From positions 10,511 to 74,510 of the forward strand of contig CAMHMO010000001.1 in assembly GCA_946186275.1 (NCBI GenBank): a stretch of 64,000 nt of DNA, read 5' to 3'. This document shows, in pieces, positions 19,201-30,463 of the stretch; position 1 is the stretch's first letter; the number at the start of each line of letters is the position of its first letter. The notes beneath the pieces were generated by a model. That model worked only from the letters and a program-made list of their open reading frames with translations. It was not told the origin of the DNA and made no database searches. A program made the translations under genes and the position numbers. Origin of the DNA: an uncultured Verrucomicrobiota bacterium. Its GTDB lineage: Bacteria; Verrucomicrobiota; Verrucomicrobiia; Opitutales; UBA9783.

Positions 19201-20862
19201 TTGATGCCTTTTTACATCAAAACTGTTGTTTTTAAAAACGGAGCACGTTTAGCGGCACGATCAATCGACGGCAGGCGGTGTTTGACGGAGGCAATTCGTT
19301 TTTCGGTCGCAGTCTGTGTCTTATGGCTGAGTTTTCCGAATGTTGCATTTGCGGGACAATCGGTTGTTAAAAATGCCGTCGGTACTCAGAAACAAACAGC
19401 AGCGCATTCGGGTAAAGGCTCTTTAAGAGTTTCTCAACCGAAGCCGAGTGCTTTGAAAGTACCGACGAAGAAGAACATTCCCTCACAATCGTCATCTCAA
19501 TCAGTCGCTTCGAAGTCGGTTCGACAAAACACTGCGACGAAAATCGTACCGCAAAAATCTCAGAACGCAACGAAAACTTCGACGACGGTTTCGAAGGCGA
19601 GTGTCCCGAAAGTTTCTTTGTCGAAAAACCAAACGACCGCATCGAAAGTCATAACCGCGAAGAGTACCTCAATAACTTCCAAAAAAAGTGCGGTGATTGC
19701 TGCCTCGAAGGCGTCCGTTCAAAAACCGCCTGTTCCGTCCAAAGTCAAAGCACAAGCGTCTTCGATCGTTTCAGGTACAAAGGTATCGCCAAAAACTTCA
19801 CCGCAAGCGGTTTCTTCAAAACAAAGCGCATTAAAAGTTACCCCAAAGCAGTCTGTAATTCACCCGAAACCTTCGATTGTAGGTACATCGGGCGGTGCCT
19901 GTAAGCCTTCTCCTGCTTTACCCGTAAAATCTACACAACCTGTATTTTCGATGAACGCCTCCGTCCGTTTGTCGGACGTGGCGAAGCAGTTGCGTTTAAA
20001 GTATTCCGTAAGCGGGCAGAGTATCGTATTGTCTGACGGGCGGTATCGTTTTGAATTTCAAAGCGGCACCAAAGAGGCGAAGGTTAACGGTATCAAAATT
20101 TTTCTTTCGTATCCGATTGTGATGCCGTCGATGCCGACAACGCGGCTTAAAAAATTAGCGCATCAACTGCGATTGATTACCTCCGAATATCATATTCGCA
20201 CGGCGGATGTCGAAAGTATTCTTAAACCGCTGTTGTTCCCGCAAAATTTTGTTAAAAGACGGGCGAAAACAATCGTCATCGATCCGGGGCATGGCGGGAA
20301 AGCGGAGGGTACCGTTCAAAACGGTCTGAAGGAAAAACTTTTAACGCTTAAAACCGCGCAATTATTGGCAGGTAAATTGCGATCGATGGGGTATATTGTC
20401 CATTTGACACGGACAACCGATATGGATGTTTCACTGAGCCAACGGTCGGCGTTTGCAAATATGAAACACGCGGATTTGTTTATTTCTATTCATTATAACT
20501 CGGCACCGTCGGAACAGGCGCGCGGGATTGAAGTGTTTGCGTTTCCGTTGGCGGGTTCTCCTTCAAGCGATCAGGTTGTAACGAAAGAATTCAATTCGAT
20601 GCCGATCAATGCATTTGACGGACAAAATTCCCTTTTGGGTTGGCAGATGCAAAAGGAAATCATTCGAAGTACGGGAAGCGTTGATCGCGGTGTAAAGCGG
20701 AAACGCCTGGGGGTTCTGCGGGAATTAAATTGCCCCGGGATCCTTATCGAATGTGGCTTTTTAAGCCATCCGACGGAAGCAAAAACCTGTAACAGTTCCG
20801 ATTATCAGGAAAAACTGACGCGGGCGATCGCCGACGGCATTCGTGCGTATAACGGGGATTGA
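19201..20862 (+). CDS. N-acetylmuramoyl-L-alanine amidase (Amidase_3) with a long K/S/P-rich N-terminal linker
   Basis: IVIDPGHGG, E-K-x-L-T-L, FISIHYNS, ILIECGFLSH; start codon uncertain. Confidence 0.88.
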   Translation: MMPFYIKTVVFKNGARLAARSIDGRRCLTEAIRFSVAVCVLWLSFPNVAFAGQSVVKNAVGTQKQTAAHSGKGSLRVSQPKPSALKVPTKKNIPSQSSSQSVASKSVRQNTATKIVPQKSQNATKTSTTVSKASVPKVSLSKNQTTASKVITAKSTSITSKKSAVIAASKASVQKPPVPSKVKAQASSIVSGTKVSPKTSPQAVSSKQSALKVTPKQSVIHPKPSIVGTSGGACKPSPALPVKSTQPVFSMNASVRLSDVAKQLRLKYSVSGQSIVLSDGRYRFEFQSGTKEAKVNGIKIFLSYPIVMPSMPTTRLKKLAHQLRLITSEYHIRTADVESILKPLLFPQNFVKRRAKTIVIDPGHGGKAEGTVQNGLKEKLLTLKTAQLLAGKLRSMGYIVHLTRTTDMDVSLSQRSAFANMKHADLFISIHYNSAPSEQARGIEVFAFPLAGSPSSDQVVTKEFNSMPINAFDGQNSLLGWQMQKEIIRSTGSVDRGVKRKRLGVLRELNCPGILIECGFLSHPTEAKTCNSSDYQEKLTRAIADGIRAYNGD

Positions 20863-21079
20863 AAAAAGAGGTTCGGTTGTTTCAAAAATTTTAAAAGGGA
20901 CATCCTGTGCATGTTTGTCGGATGCGGAAGGATACCGTTTGCATTCTTCAGGAAAATGAAGATGCGTAAAACCCAAACAACTTATGGTCTCCGTACATTT
21001 TTGAAAGATGCTTCGGTGTAAAATGCGAAAGAAAAATCCCGTACTGTAATTATGGCAGTAGAAATAAAGGCGGTATTTC

Positions 21080-21988
21080 TTACTTATCCGCAGTACTTCG
21101 CGCCATCACGTCACCTATATGGGCATACAATTCCAAGCCTTTTTGCGTGCAGTCGATTAAATCCTGCGCCAAAACAACGAGATCGGGTTCGAAGAGCGTT
21201 ATAACGGTGGAGCCGCCGAAGAGGAAATAACCTTTTTCATCGCCTTTTTTGACAAAACTTTCGGGTGTGAACGTTTGTTGAATACTGCCGACACAGCAGG
21301 CACTAACTTCGATCAGGGCGATTTTTCCGAAGCGTTCGGACTGCAAAACGGTTAACCAGCGTTTGTTTTCGCCGAAAATTTTCAGACTTCCTTTCAGTGC
21401 CAAAGGACTGACGGAGTACAAAAAACCATTAATGAGATGTGTTGCATTCGGGATACCATCACACGGAAAATGGAAGCGATGATAATCGACAGGCGCCAAT
21501 CGACTGATGATGCAGGTTCCGTTTCGAAAATGTCCTGCGAGTGTTTCGTCTTTAAGTAACTGTTGAAGGTTGAACGTACCGCCTTTGATAAAAAATTTTT
21601 GTGTATCTTCGATAGTCTGAAATCCTAAATGGCGCCCGTCGCACGGGAAGCACAACGTGTTAGGATCTTCACAAATCGGTCGGAAACCGGGCTTGAATTT
21701 TCGATAAAAAAAATCGTTAAAACTCTTGTATTTCTGTGGTTGTTTTTCGAATTCATTCAAATCGATGGCGTATTTTTCGGCAAACGGTCGGATATTTCTT
21801 TTGGAAAATCGCATATTCATCCACCAACCGATGCATTTCGAAAACCATGCGCGCTTGAAAAGAAGTTTCAACCACAACCGACCGAAATGCGTGTCGTACA
21901 AAAACCGCAACCAACGATGCCCTGGAATGCTTTCGGTTTCAAGGGTTTGGCGGTAACGATGAAAGTAGCGGATATCGGTATGTTGCAT
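21080..21988 (-). CDS. psd: Phosphatidylserine decarboxylase proenzyme
   Basis: SFNDFFYRK, FPCDG, RLAPVDYHRFHFP, FLFGGST self-cleavage motif. Confidence 0.92.
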   Translation of the reverse strand: MQHTDIRYFHRYRQTLETESIPGHRWLRFLYDTHFGRLWLKLLFKRAWFSKCIGWWMNMRFSKRNIRPFAEKYAIDLNEFEKQPQKYKSFNDFFYRKFKPGFRPICEDPNTLCFPCDGRHLGFQTIEDTQKFFIKGGTFNLQQLLKDETLAGHFRNGTCIISRLAPVDYHRFHFPCDGIPNATHLINGFLYSVSPLALKGSLKIFGENKRWLTVLQSERFGKIALIEVSACCVGSIQQTFTPESFVKKGDEKGYFLFGGSTVITLFEPDLVVLAQDLIDCTQKGLELYAHIGDVMARSTADK

Positions 21989-22033
21989 TGCTGTTGATTT
22001 GCTTTTCAATGCCGTGAAAAACAAAAGAATACT

Positions 22034-23596
22034 TTACGCATGCCTCTGCATCTTCGCACTTAAAGCTTTTTCAAAACGCCTTGCAAGACGTGTGAACGGA
22101 AGCCCCATCAATAAGTAAAAGAGTGATACCAAAATTCCGAATCCGAAATAATTAAAATTCGCCGCCGCAAAAAGTTGGTAGGTGCGGCTGAGTTCCACAA
22201 TCGTAATCAGAGAGACCAGTGAGGAATCCTGGAGCAACATAATAAAGTCGTTGGTGAGCGGCGGCAGAACCGTGCGAACCGCCTGCGGGAAAACAACGTG
22301 CCAAAGTGCCTGTGCGTGAGTCATGCCCAAAGCGCGTGCCGCCTCCGTTTGCCCGACGGGGACGGATTGGAAGCCCGAACGGTAGATTTCCGCTTCGTAC
22401 GCCGAATAGTTGAGTCCGAGTGCCAAAATTCCGGCAACGAACGGGTTCATGCACACCCAACTCGCAAGCGGTTCCGACAGATAAGGCGCGAGGTTCGGCA
22501 GTCCGTAAAAGATGAACAACAACTGTACCATCAACGGCGTACCGCGAATGATTTCGATCCAGGTTGCCGTTAAACATTGTAACCAGCGAAAACCGTAAGT
22601 GCGAAATACGGCAAGGACAAAGCCGAAAACGAGTGCCAGCACCATGGCACTGATGGAAATTTCGAGGGTTACGGCGGCGGCCTTTCCGAAACACGAAAGG
22701 CTGTTCAGGTAACAGTTGCCGCTTTCCGTTTCCGATTGAACATCCGCAATGTACCGTTCAAGTTCGGTTGCGGGCGTCTGAGGAATTTCGGAAGCTTTAA
22801 AGTACATTGCGGTTTCGGCATTCCAAAGTCCCCAACGTTCGTAAATTGCGCGCAACGTACCGTTGTTTTTTAAATGCTCCAAAGCGTTATTTACTTGTCT
22901 TAACAAATCGGGATGATTGTCGCGAACTGCAATGGAAAATTCAATACGATCAACGGGTTCCAACATACGGATGCCGTCATCGACAGAAGCGTAATAGAAG
23001 GTCTCCGGGTGATCGGTCATGACACAATCCAGGCGTTTGTTGTTTAAATCCGCATAGGCTTTTACTTCGTCATCATAGATCACAAAATGTGCCCCTAGTT
23101 GCCGAACCGCCTCTTCGGCATGTTCGGAACACTTCAAAATACCGATTTTTTTGCCTTTAAGCTGCGAAACGGTCTTTATGTCGGAATTTTTCAGGACGAC
23201 CGGTTGCAGATGGGTAACATAGTAAGGATCGGACAGCAAAATACCTGCTTGTTTTGCATGCTTTTGCCATACGTTACGAACGATGGCGTTCATCAAAATA
23301 TCGTATTCGCCGCGCTTTAGTCCCGAAACCAGCATCTCGTAATCATTCGGACAATACTGCAAATCCTTACCCGTGAAATCAGCGATGTTTTTCGCAACTT
23401 CGTACTCAAAACCGGTGAGCCGTTCCGGATTTTTCGGGTCGTAAAAGACGTGCGGCGCACCGCCCTGACCGTCGGCGCCCCAACGCAGGACTTCCATTGC
23501 CTCAGCGGTTGCCGAGAGCAATAAAGCCGGGAAACACAAAAAAATGCTCCGATAAAATACCCTTGCTAATAAGCGGAAAGCGTTCATTTTAAGCAT
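22034..23596 (-). CDS. Polar amino-acid ABC transporter, fused substrate-binding and permease protein
   Basis: SBP_bac_3-like N-half (GFEYEVAK); permease C-half with RGTPLMVQL and AYEAEIYRSG...EAARALGM. Confidence 0.9.
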   Translation of the reverse strand: MLKMNAFRLLARVFYRSIFLCFPALLLSATAEAMEVLRWGADGQGGAPHVFYDPKNPERLTGFEYEVAKNIADFTGKDLQYCPNDYEMLVSGLKRGEYDILMNAIVRNVWQKHAKQAGILLSDPYYVTHLQPVVLKNSDIKTVSQLKGKKIGILKCSEHAEEAVRQLGAHFVIYDDEVKAYADLNNKRLDCVMTDHPETFYYASVDDGIRMLEPVDRIEFSIAVRDNHPDLLRQVNNALEHLKNNGTLRAIYERWGLWNAETAMYFKASEIPQTPATELERYIADVQSETESGNCYLNSLSCFGKAAAVTLEISISAMVLALVFGFVLAVFRTYGFRWLQCLTATWIEIIRGTPLMVQLLFIFYGLPNLAPYLSEPLASWVCMNPFVAGILALGLNYSAYEAEIYRSGFQSVPVGQTEAARALGMTHAQALWHVVFPQAVRTVLPPLTNDFIMLLQDSSLVSLITIVELSRTYQLFAAANFNYFGFGILVSLFYLLMGLPFTRLARRFEKALSAKMQRHA

Positions 23597-23720
23597 TTAT
23601 TGCGAAACCGACTCTCATGCGGACGTTTCTACGAAATATCGCGAAAGCAGTTTTGCGTTCATAAGAAGTAAGAAACGAAAGAACGAAAAAAGGGATTGGA
23701 ACATTTGTTTTGCTTTGGAT

Positions 23721-24557
23721 CTACATAAACTTTTTTAAAAATTTACGCGTTCGTTCATCTTTCGGAGCGATAAAAATCTCGTCTTCATCCGAAATTTCCA
23801 CAAACTCTCCCTGTTCCATGTAAATGATGTAGTCCGATGCGTCCTTTGCAAAACGCATTTCGTGCGTCACGACAATCTGTGTCATGCCTTCCTTATCCAA
23901 ATCGCGCATGACTTCCAGCACTTCGTCCACGCGCGTCGGATCGATGGCGGAGGTGGGTTCGTCGTACAGCATCACTTTCGGCGACAACGCCAGCGCGCGC
24001 GCAATGGCACCGCGTTGTTGCTGCCCGCCCGACAGCTGTATCGGATAACGGTGCGAAAACGTCTTTAAACCGACCTTGTCCAAAAATTTAACCGCAATCG
24101 CTTCCGCTTCGTCGCGCGATTTTTTCTGAACAATCATCGGTGCCATCATGACGTTTTGCAGAAGGGTTTTGTGCGGGAATAAATTGAAGGTTTGGAATAC
24201 CATCCCGACCTGCTGACGCAACGCATGTGCCTTTGTGTTAAAATCCTGCATCGGCGCGCCGAGCGTTTTGCGCTGAAGCGAAATACCATTGATATTGACG
24301 GAGCCGCAGTCCAACACCTCCATGCCGTTTAAACAGCGCAAAAACGTCGACTTCCCGCATCCCGACGGACCGATGATTGACACCAAATCTCCCTCCTCGA
24401 TATCAACGCTGATATCCTTTAAAATCAGCTCTTCGTGATAGTATTTGATGAGGTTTTGAACCCGAATAAGCGGTTGACATTGACCGTCGATACCCGCTAC
24501 CGCTTCCCGCGATGCATTTGCTCCCATAGACTGCCGCCCCTTGGTTCCATTGTTCAA
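23721..24557 (-). CDS. Polar amino-acid ABC transporter ATP-binding protein (GlnQ-like)
   Basis: GPSGCGKST, LSGGQQQR, YDEPTSA, VVTHEM. Confidence 0.93.
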   Translation of the reverse strand: MNNGTKGRQSMGANASREAVAGIDGQCQPLIRVQNLIKYYHEELILKDISVDIEEGDLVSIIGPSGCGKSTFLRCLNGMEVLDCGSVNINGISLQRKTLGAPMQDFNTKAHALRQQVGMVFQTFNLFPHKTLLQNVMMAPMIVQKKSRDEAEAIAVKFLDKVGLKTFSHRYPIQLSGGQQQRGAIARALALSPKVMLYDEPTSAIDPTRVDEVLEVMRDLDKEGMTQIVVTHEMRFAKDASDYIIYMEQGEFVEISDEDEIFIAPKDERTRKFLKKFM

Positions 24558-24579
24558 CTCGTGTTCTACTTAACAAACC

Positions 24580-24654
24580 TGGAGCGAGCGAAGGGGTTCG
24601 AACCCTCGACATCTACCTTGGCAAGGTAGCGCTCTACCTCTGAGCTACGCTCGC
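24580..24654 (-). tRNA. tRNA-Gly(GCC)
   Basis: Reverse complement GCGAGCGTAGCTCAGAGGTAGAGCGCTACCTTGCCAAGGTAG...GTTCGAAC...CGCTCGCTCCA. Confidence 0.95.
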
Positions 24655-24752
24655 AAACAGTTTTACTGTCAGAGGATTTATAGGGGGCGTCAAGATTGTT
24701 TTTTTTGGAGGGGGGAATTAAAAGAATGTGTTTTCGATGCAACGATAAAATT

Positions 24753-25871
24753 CTACGGTTCTTCGACAGACATTTTCTCTTTTTTCAGTTCTGGGTGCAG
24801 ACTTTCTTCGTAGGCGACTAATTCTTCGAACGTGGTGGGGCGATCGGGGTAATCGGAAGGGTTGAAAGATTTTAACACATCAAGGACGTGTTTTTTGTAA
24901 GCATCGTAATTTTTTGCGGTGATGGTGTGCAGACTATGTTCAATGCAATACGCCATAAATTTATTAAAACCATGATGGTAATGACTAGGATCTTTCCAAT
25001 TATTTGAAACATAAAAGTAGGGTACATCATGAAAACCGTAAATTTTGACATTTTCGAGATCTTCCGTGTTTTTGAGGTAAAATGACATAGATCTTAGGTC
25101 AAGTATGGGAGCCTCGGAACCAATGACACTGACAGGTGGGAACAACAAATGAAACGTGATGTTCGGATGGTTTCGAATGATGGATACCAAGGGATTATCA
25201 GGCACATCAAGTGCTGTATCAAAGAATGTAGGGCGAATCGTTCTGCTCGTCTTATTTTTAATGGATATCTTGGAAAATTCCTCTAAATCTTCATATTTGG
25301 CGTAATAATCCCCTATTTTGTTTAGCGGTCGGAATCGCCATTTATGAAACCATGGAACGAAATAACCGAGAACCAAGAACAGTGAGGTAGGTACACTGCC
25401 AATTTTAAAAATAGCGCGTTTGGGAGATTCAAAAAGCAGTGGCATTGTTACTTGTTGAAATGATGGTTGAGCATCCATGAAAACGGCATGTTTGATTTTC
25501 TGTGATTTTACAGCCTTAAAGAGCATTTTTACTTGGTACTCCGAAGGCAGTCCTCCGGCATATAAGTTTGCTCCTTGTTTTCCTTTTAGGGCTTTCCTTA
25601 AATCATTGCTATCGAAGGACTGCGATCGAGAATTTCCAACTAGAACCCAATCAAAATTATCAGTCGAATGTAAATATTTCAACTGAAGCGCATTGTTAAG
25701 ATCTTGGCTAAACGAGGGGTATTTCCCTCTATTCAACCACGTATCCCGATGATACACATGAAACGGATCGACGATCCAAACAAACGCAGGCACTGAAAGA
25801 AAACCACACAGCGTGAAAACAACGATAAAAAGGATATTTTTTCGGTACAGCTCCATTTTTAGAAATTCCAA
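24753..25871 (-). CDS. SGNH-like periplasmic partner of the MBOAT acyltransferase (AlgJ/PatB/DltD-like role)
   Basis: N-terminal TM, VLVGNSRS (GxS block), WKDPSHY (DxxH); overlaps the MBOAT 3' end by 13 nt. Confidence 0.6.
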   Translation of the reverse strand: MEFLKMELYRKNILFIVVFTLCGFLSVPAFVWIVDPFHVYHRDTWLNRGKYPSFSQDLNNALQLKYLHSTDNFDWVLVGNSRSQSFDSNDLRKALKGKQGANLYAGGLPSEYQVKMLFKAVKSQKIKHAVFMDAQPSFQQVTMPLLFESPKRAIFKIGSVPTSLFLVLGYFVPWFHKWRFRPLNKIGDYYAKYEDLEEFSKISIKNKTSRTIRPTFFDTALDVPDNPLVSIIRNHPNITFHLLFPPVSVIGSEAPILDLRSMSFYLKNTEDLENVKIYGFHDVPYFYVSNNWKDPSHYHHGFNKFMAYCIEHSLHTITAKNYDAYKKHVLDVLKSFNPSDYPDRPTTFEELVAYEESLHPELKKEKMSVEEP

Positions 25872-27326
25872 TATAAAAACTCCGACGACTTGTGATAAGA
25901 TCCCCAGTAAGAAATACCGACGACAAACAGTATGAAGAAAAAGGATTTAAGCAAATGCGGATGTTCGTAAAACCGACGGCTTGATCGCGAAGTGTTACGG
26001 AACAACAAAGCGATTATCGAGAATAAAACGATATATGTGCCGAACTGAACAGGGTTTTTTATAACCGGAAGAACAAGGGTTGAGACATTTGGCCCAATAC
26101 CGAACGCTTTCCTAATCATCATCCACGCCCCCTTCAGACTTGGTGCCCTGAAAAAAATCCAGGCGAAATTGACAAATGTAAACGTCAAAAGCCAGGCGGC
26201 GAAGGCATTCAAGCGGTGATTGGTTTTGTGCCACAGGCGATGAATAACGATTGCGAGACCGTGGAGCGTACCCCAGATAACAAACGTCCAGTTCGCACCG
26301 TGCCAAATGCCGCCGATAAGAAAGGTAAGAAAAAGATTGATACAGGTGCGCGGAAGCGGACAGCGACTGCCGCCGAGCGGGATGTAGACGTAATTTTTCA
26401 ACCAAGCAGAAAGTGTCATGTGCCAGCGACGCCAAAAATCCTGAATATCCAACGCCTGATAGGGAGAGTTGAAATTTTCCGGCAGACGGATACCGAAAAT
26501 CAAGCCGCTGCCGATTGCCATATCGGCATAACCGCTGAAATCGAAGTATAGTTGCAACGTGTATCCCAAAACGGTCATCCACGCGCCGAGAAACTGCAAC
26601 TGATCCACGTTGCTCCAACATTTATCGACATACGGTGCCAAAGTGTCGGCGAGAACAACCTTTTTAAACAGCCCGAACGCAAACACCCATAATCCGCGGT
26701 ACATAGAATCCCACGCGACGGTTCTTTGCGCACCGAACTGCGGGATCATGTCCTTGTAGTGTACAATGGGACCCGCCACCAGTTGCGGGAAGAAGGTTAC
26801 AAACAGCAGATATTTTGGAAACGAACAGAGCGGAACTTCCCGTCGGTAAGCATCAACCAAATAGGCGATTTGTTGAAACGTGTAAAAGCTGATGCCGAGC
26901 GGCAGAATGATGCGCCCGACATTCCAATGCGTTCCGAAAAGCGCGTTGCAATTATCGAGGAAGAAACCGGCGTACTTAAAATACCCCAGCAATCCGAGGT
27001 TGAATAACAGCCCAACCCACAGCCAAGCCTTTGAGCCTTTCCCTTTCACTCCCGGCTCCCGGCTCCCGGCTCCCGGCTCCCGGCTCCCGGCTCCCGGCTC
27101 CCGTTAGCATTATACGCCCGATGCGGTAATTGACAAGCGCAGAAAGCAGAAGCAGAAAGAAAAACCGCCAATTCCACGTACAGTAGAAAATTGCCGAGCC
27201 GATCAGCAAAACGGGTACCGCCAAATGGAATTTACCTTTCGCGATCACCCGCCAGTAAATCAAAGCCGTCAACGGCAATAAAACGAGAAAGTAAATCGGA
27301 TCGCAGAATAACACTTCATTTATCAA
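25859..27326 (-). pseudogene. AlgI/DltB-family MBOAT O-acyltransferase, frameshifted in a 7-bp repeat (possibly phase-OFF)
   Basis: 5' part 27326-26976 and 3' part 27049-25859 are in different frames; LPLGISFYTFQQIAY, FWRRWHMTLS and GIWHGA (catalytic His) are intact. Confidence 0.85.
27049..27103 (-). repeat. Heptanucleotide tandem repeat (CCGGGAG)7 plus a 6-nt partial unit
   Basis: Plus strand ctcccgg x7 (27049-27097) then ctcccg; perfect units. Confidence 0.97.
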
Positions 27327-27500
27327 AGAGATATATAGAGATAAAGAAAAGAAAAAATTTTATTTGCGACTTTGTGTGAGATTGAAGTGTTTTTGCAATC
27401 TTCAAGTATCGGTATTCTTTAACACCAGAATTTGGAATCGTTCATTATCTTCAATAACCTTCCGTTTGCATATCTCTCAAAAATCTCTTATCATTAAATT

Positions 27501-28367
27501 ATGGAGACTACTAAGTTGCTGGTTTGCGTGGACGGATCAATGCCGTACATGGAGAGTTGTTTGCAATATGCCGAATGGATCATCAAAGCGATGAATGCCA
27601 CGGCGGATATTCTTTATGTGACGGACGCGCATCAGTTTAATTTTGCCATGATGGGCGATTTTTCGGGGGCGTTGGGCGCGCAACCGTACCAGCGTTTGTG
27701 CGATCAGCTGAAACAAATTGAGACCGAAAAAACGCGCGTTGTGAAGGAAACGGTCGAGAAGTTTTTCGAAAAAGTCGGGTTATCGGATAAGATTACCTTT
27801 AAGCACGAACGCGGTTCGTTGGTAGACAGTTGCCAAGGGTATGAGCACAGCGAAGTGGGCGTGGATTTAATTTTGATGGGGAAGCGCGGAGAAAATGCGG
27901 CGTTTGCGACGGAACACCTCGGTGCCAATTTGGAGCGTGTGGTGCGCGCAAGTTCAAAGCCCTGTTTTATTGCCTGCCGAAAATTTACGCCGATTAAGAA
28001 GTGCGCATTGGCGTACGATGACGGTCCGAGCACGCGCCATGCGTTGCAATTTCTCATTCGTTCGTCTTTTATGAAAGATATTCCGATCGATTTACTGTAC
28101 GTATGCGACGAAGAAAATCCGCCGGAAGAAGTTACCGAGATGATGGCTTCGGCGGAAAAAACATTAAAAGACGCGGGGTACCGGGTAAATACGGTCTGTT
28201 TGCACGACGACGTCAGCGACGGCATTGCCAATTACGTCGCCAACCAAGCGATTGACTTGCTGATCATGGGTGCCTACGGACACGGAAGAATTCGCAATCT
28301 GTTCATCGGAAGTACCACCACCGAACTGATGCGGCGTTGCAAAAACTCGGTTGTACTGTTCCGTTAA
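27501..28367 (+). CDS. Tandem universal stress protein (UspA x2)
   Basis: LLVCVDGS, DLILMGKRG, LAYDDG, DLLIMGAYGHGRIRNLFIGSTT. Confidence 0.9.
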   Translation: METTKLLVCVDGSMPYMESCLQYAEWIIKAMNATADILYVTDAHQFNFAMMGDFSGALGAQPYQRLCDQLKQIETEKTRVVKETVEKFFEKVGLSDKITFKHERGSLVDSCQGYEHSEVGVDLILMGKRGENAAFATEHLGANLERVVRASSKPCFIACRKFTPIKKCALAYDDGPSTRHALQFLIRSSFMKDIPIDLLYVCDEENPPEEVTEMMASAEKTLKDAGYRVNTVCLHDDVSDGIANYVANQAIDLLIMGAYGHGRIRNLFIGSTTTELMRRCKNSVVLFR

Positions 28368-29702
<1,335 letters not shown>

Positions 29703-29913
29703 GGTAGGGGGAACATTTCTCCTGATTGCCGTGCCTGAAAATGCGCTGTTACGAAGCACATGTGCTTCTATCGATTTGTAGTGTGTTTTTTTGGTGTTTT
29801 TCAAAAAAAGGCGACTTGAAGTCCGTTTCCTTCTGCCAAAATAAGCCCCGTCGGTAAGCCTAAACGTCGCGAATGCTTGACGTTGATGCAATTTTGAAGC
29901 ATATATAGGGCAT

Positions 29914-30171
29914 ATGCAATCCATGCGTGCGAGTGTTTCCCTTCGTCCGAAGCTGTATCAGTGGGTCAAGGAACAGGCGGAGAGCCGTCAGATGTCAATC
30001 AGCCGTTACATTGAAAGATGTGTTGAAGAAAAAAGAGGTGATGATGACGGCTTGGAGTATCCCATTGAAGATCTTTATAAGGATATTGATAAGGCGGATG
30101 CGGATTATAAGGCAGGCAGAATGAAATTTTACGAGAATACGGAAGAGATGTTTGCCGTACTGGATGTATGA
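29914..30171 (+). CDS. Type II antitoxin with a ribbon-helix-helix-like N-terminus
   Basis: SVSLRPKLYQWVKEQAESRQMSISRYI; acidic C-terminus; overlaps the toxin start (ATGA). Confidence 0.7.
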   Translation: MQSMRASVSLRPKLYQWVKEQAESRQMSISRYIERCVEEKRGDDDGLEYPIEDLYKDIDKADADYKAGRMKFYENTEEMFAVLDV

Positions 30172-30416
30172 GGGCATCTTTTGAAAATTCATTTTACGAC
30201 GATATCGAAAAAGCAAAATACACGCCTTTGTTGCCGAAGATCAAGGAGTTGATACAGTTGGTGCGCGGCGATCCGTTTCAAACACCACCACCGTATGAGA
30301 AGTTGGTTGGTCGTGAGAACACCTATTCGCGCCGCATAAACCGACAACATCGACTGGTATATAAAGTTTATCCGCATGGTGTTGCGTTTTTACGTTGTTG
30401 GGGACACTACAAATAA
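30168..30416 (+). CDS. Txe/YoeB-family mRNA interferase toxin
   Basis: PFQTPPPYEKL, YSRRINRQHRLVY, C-terminal WGHY. Confidence 0.92.
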   Translation: MRASFENSFYDDIEKAKYTPLLPKIKELIQLVRGDPFQTPPPYEKLVGRENTYSRRINRQHRLVYKVYPHGVAFLRCWGHYK

Positions 30417-30463
30417 TTAAACGGGTTGCCTGTTTTTCAGAACATTGTTTCCGCTAAAGATAT

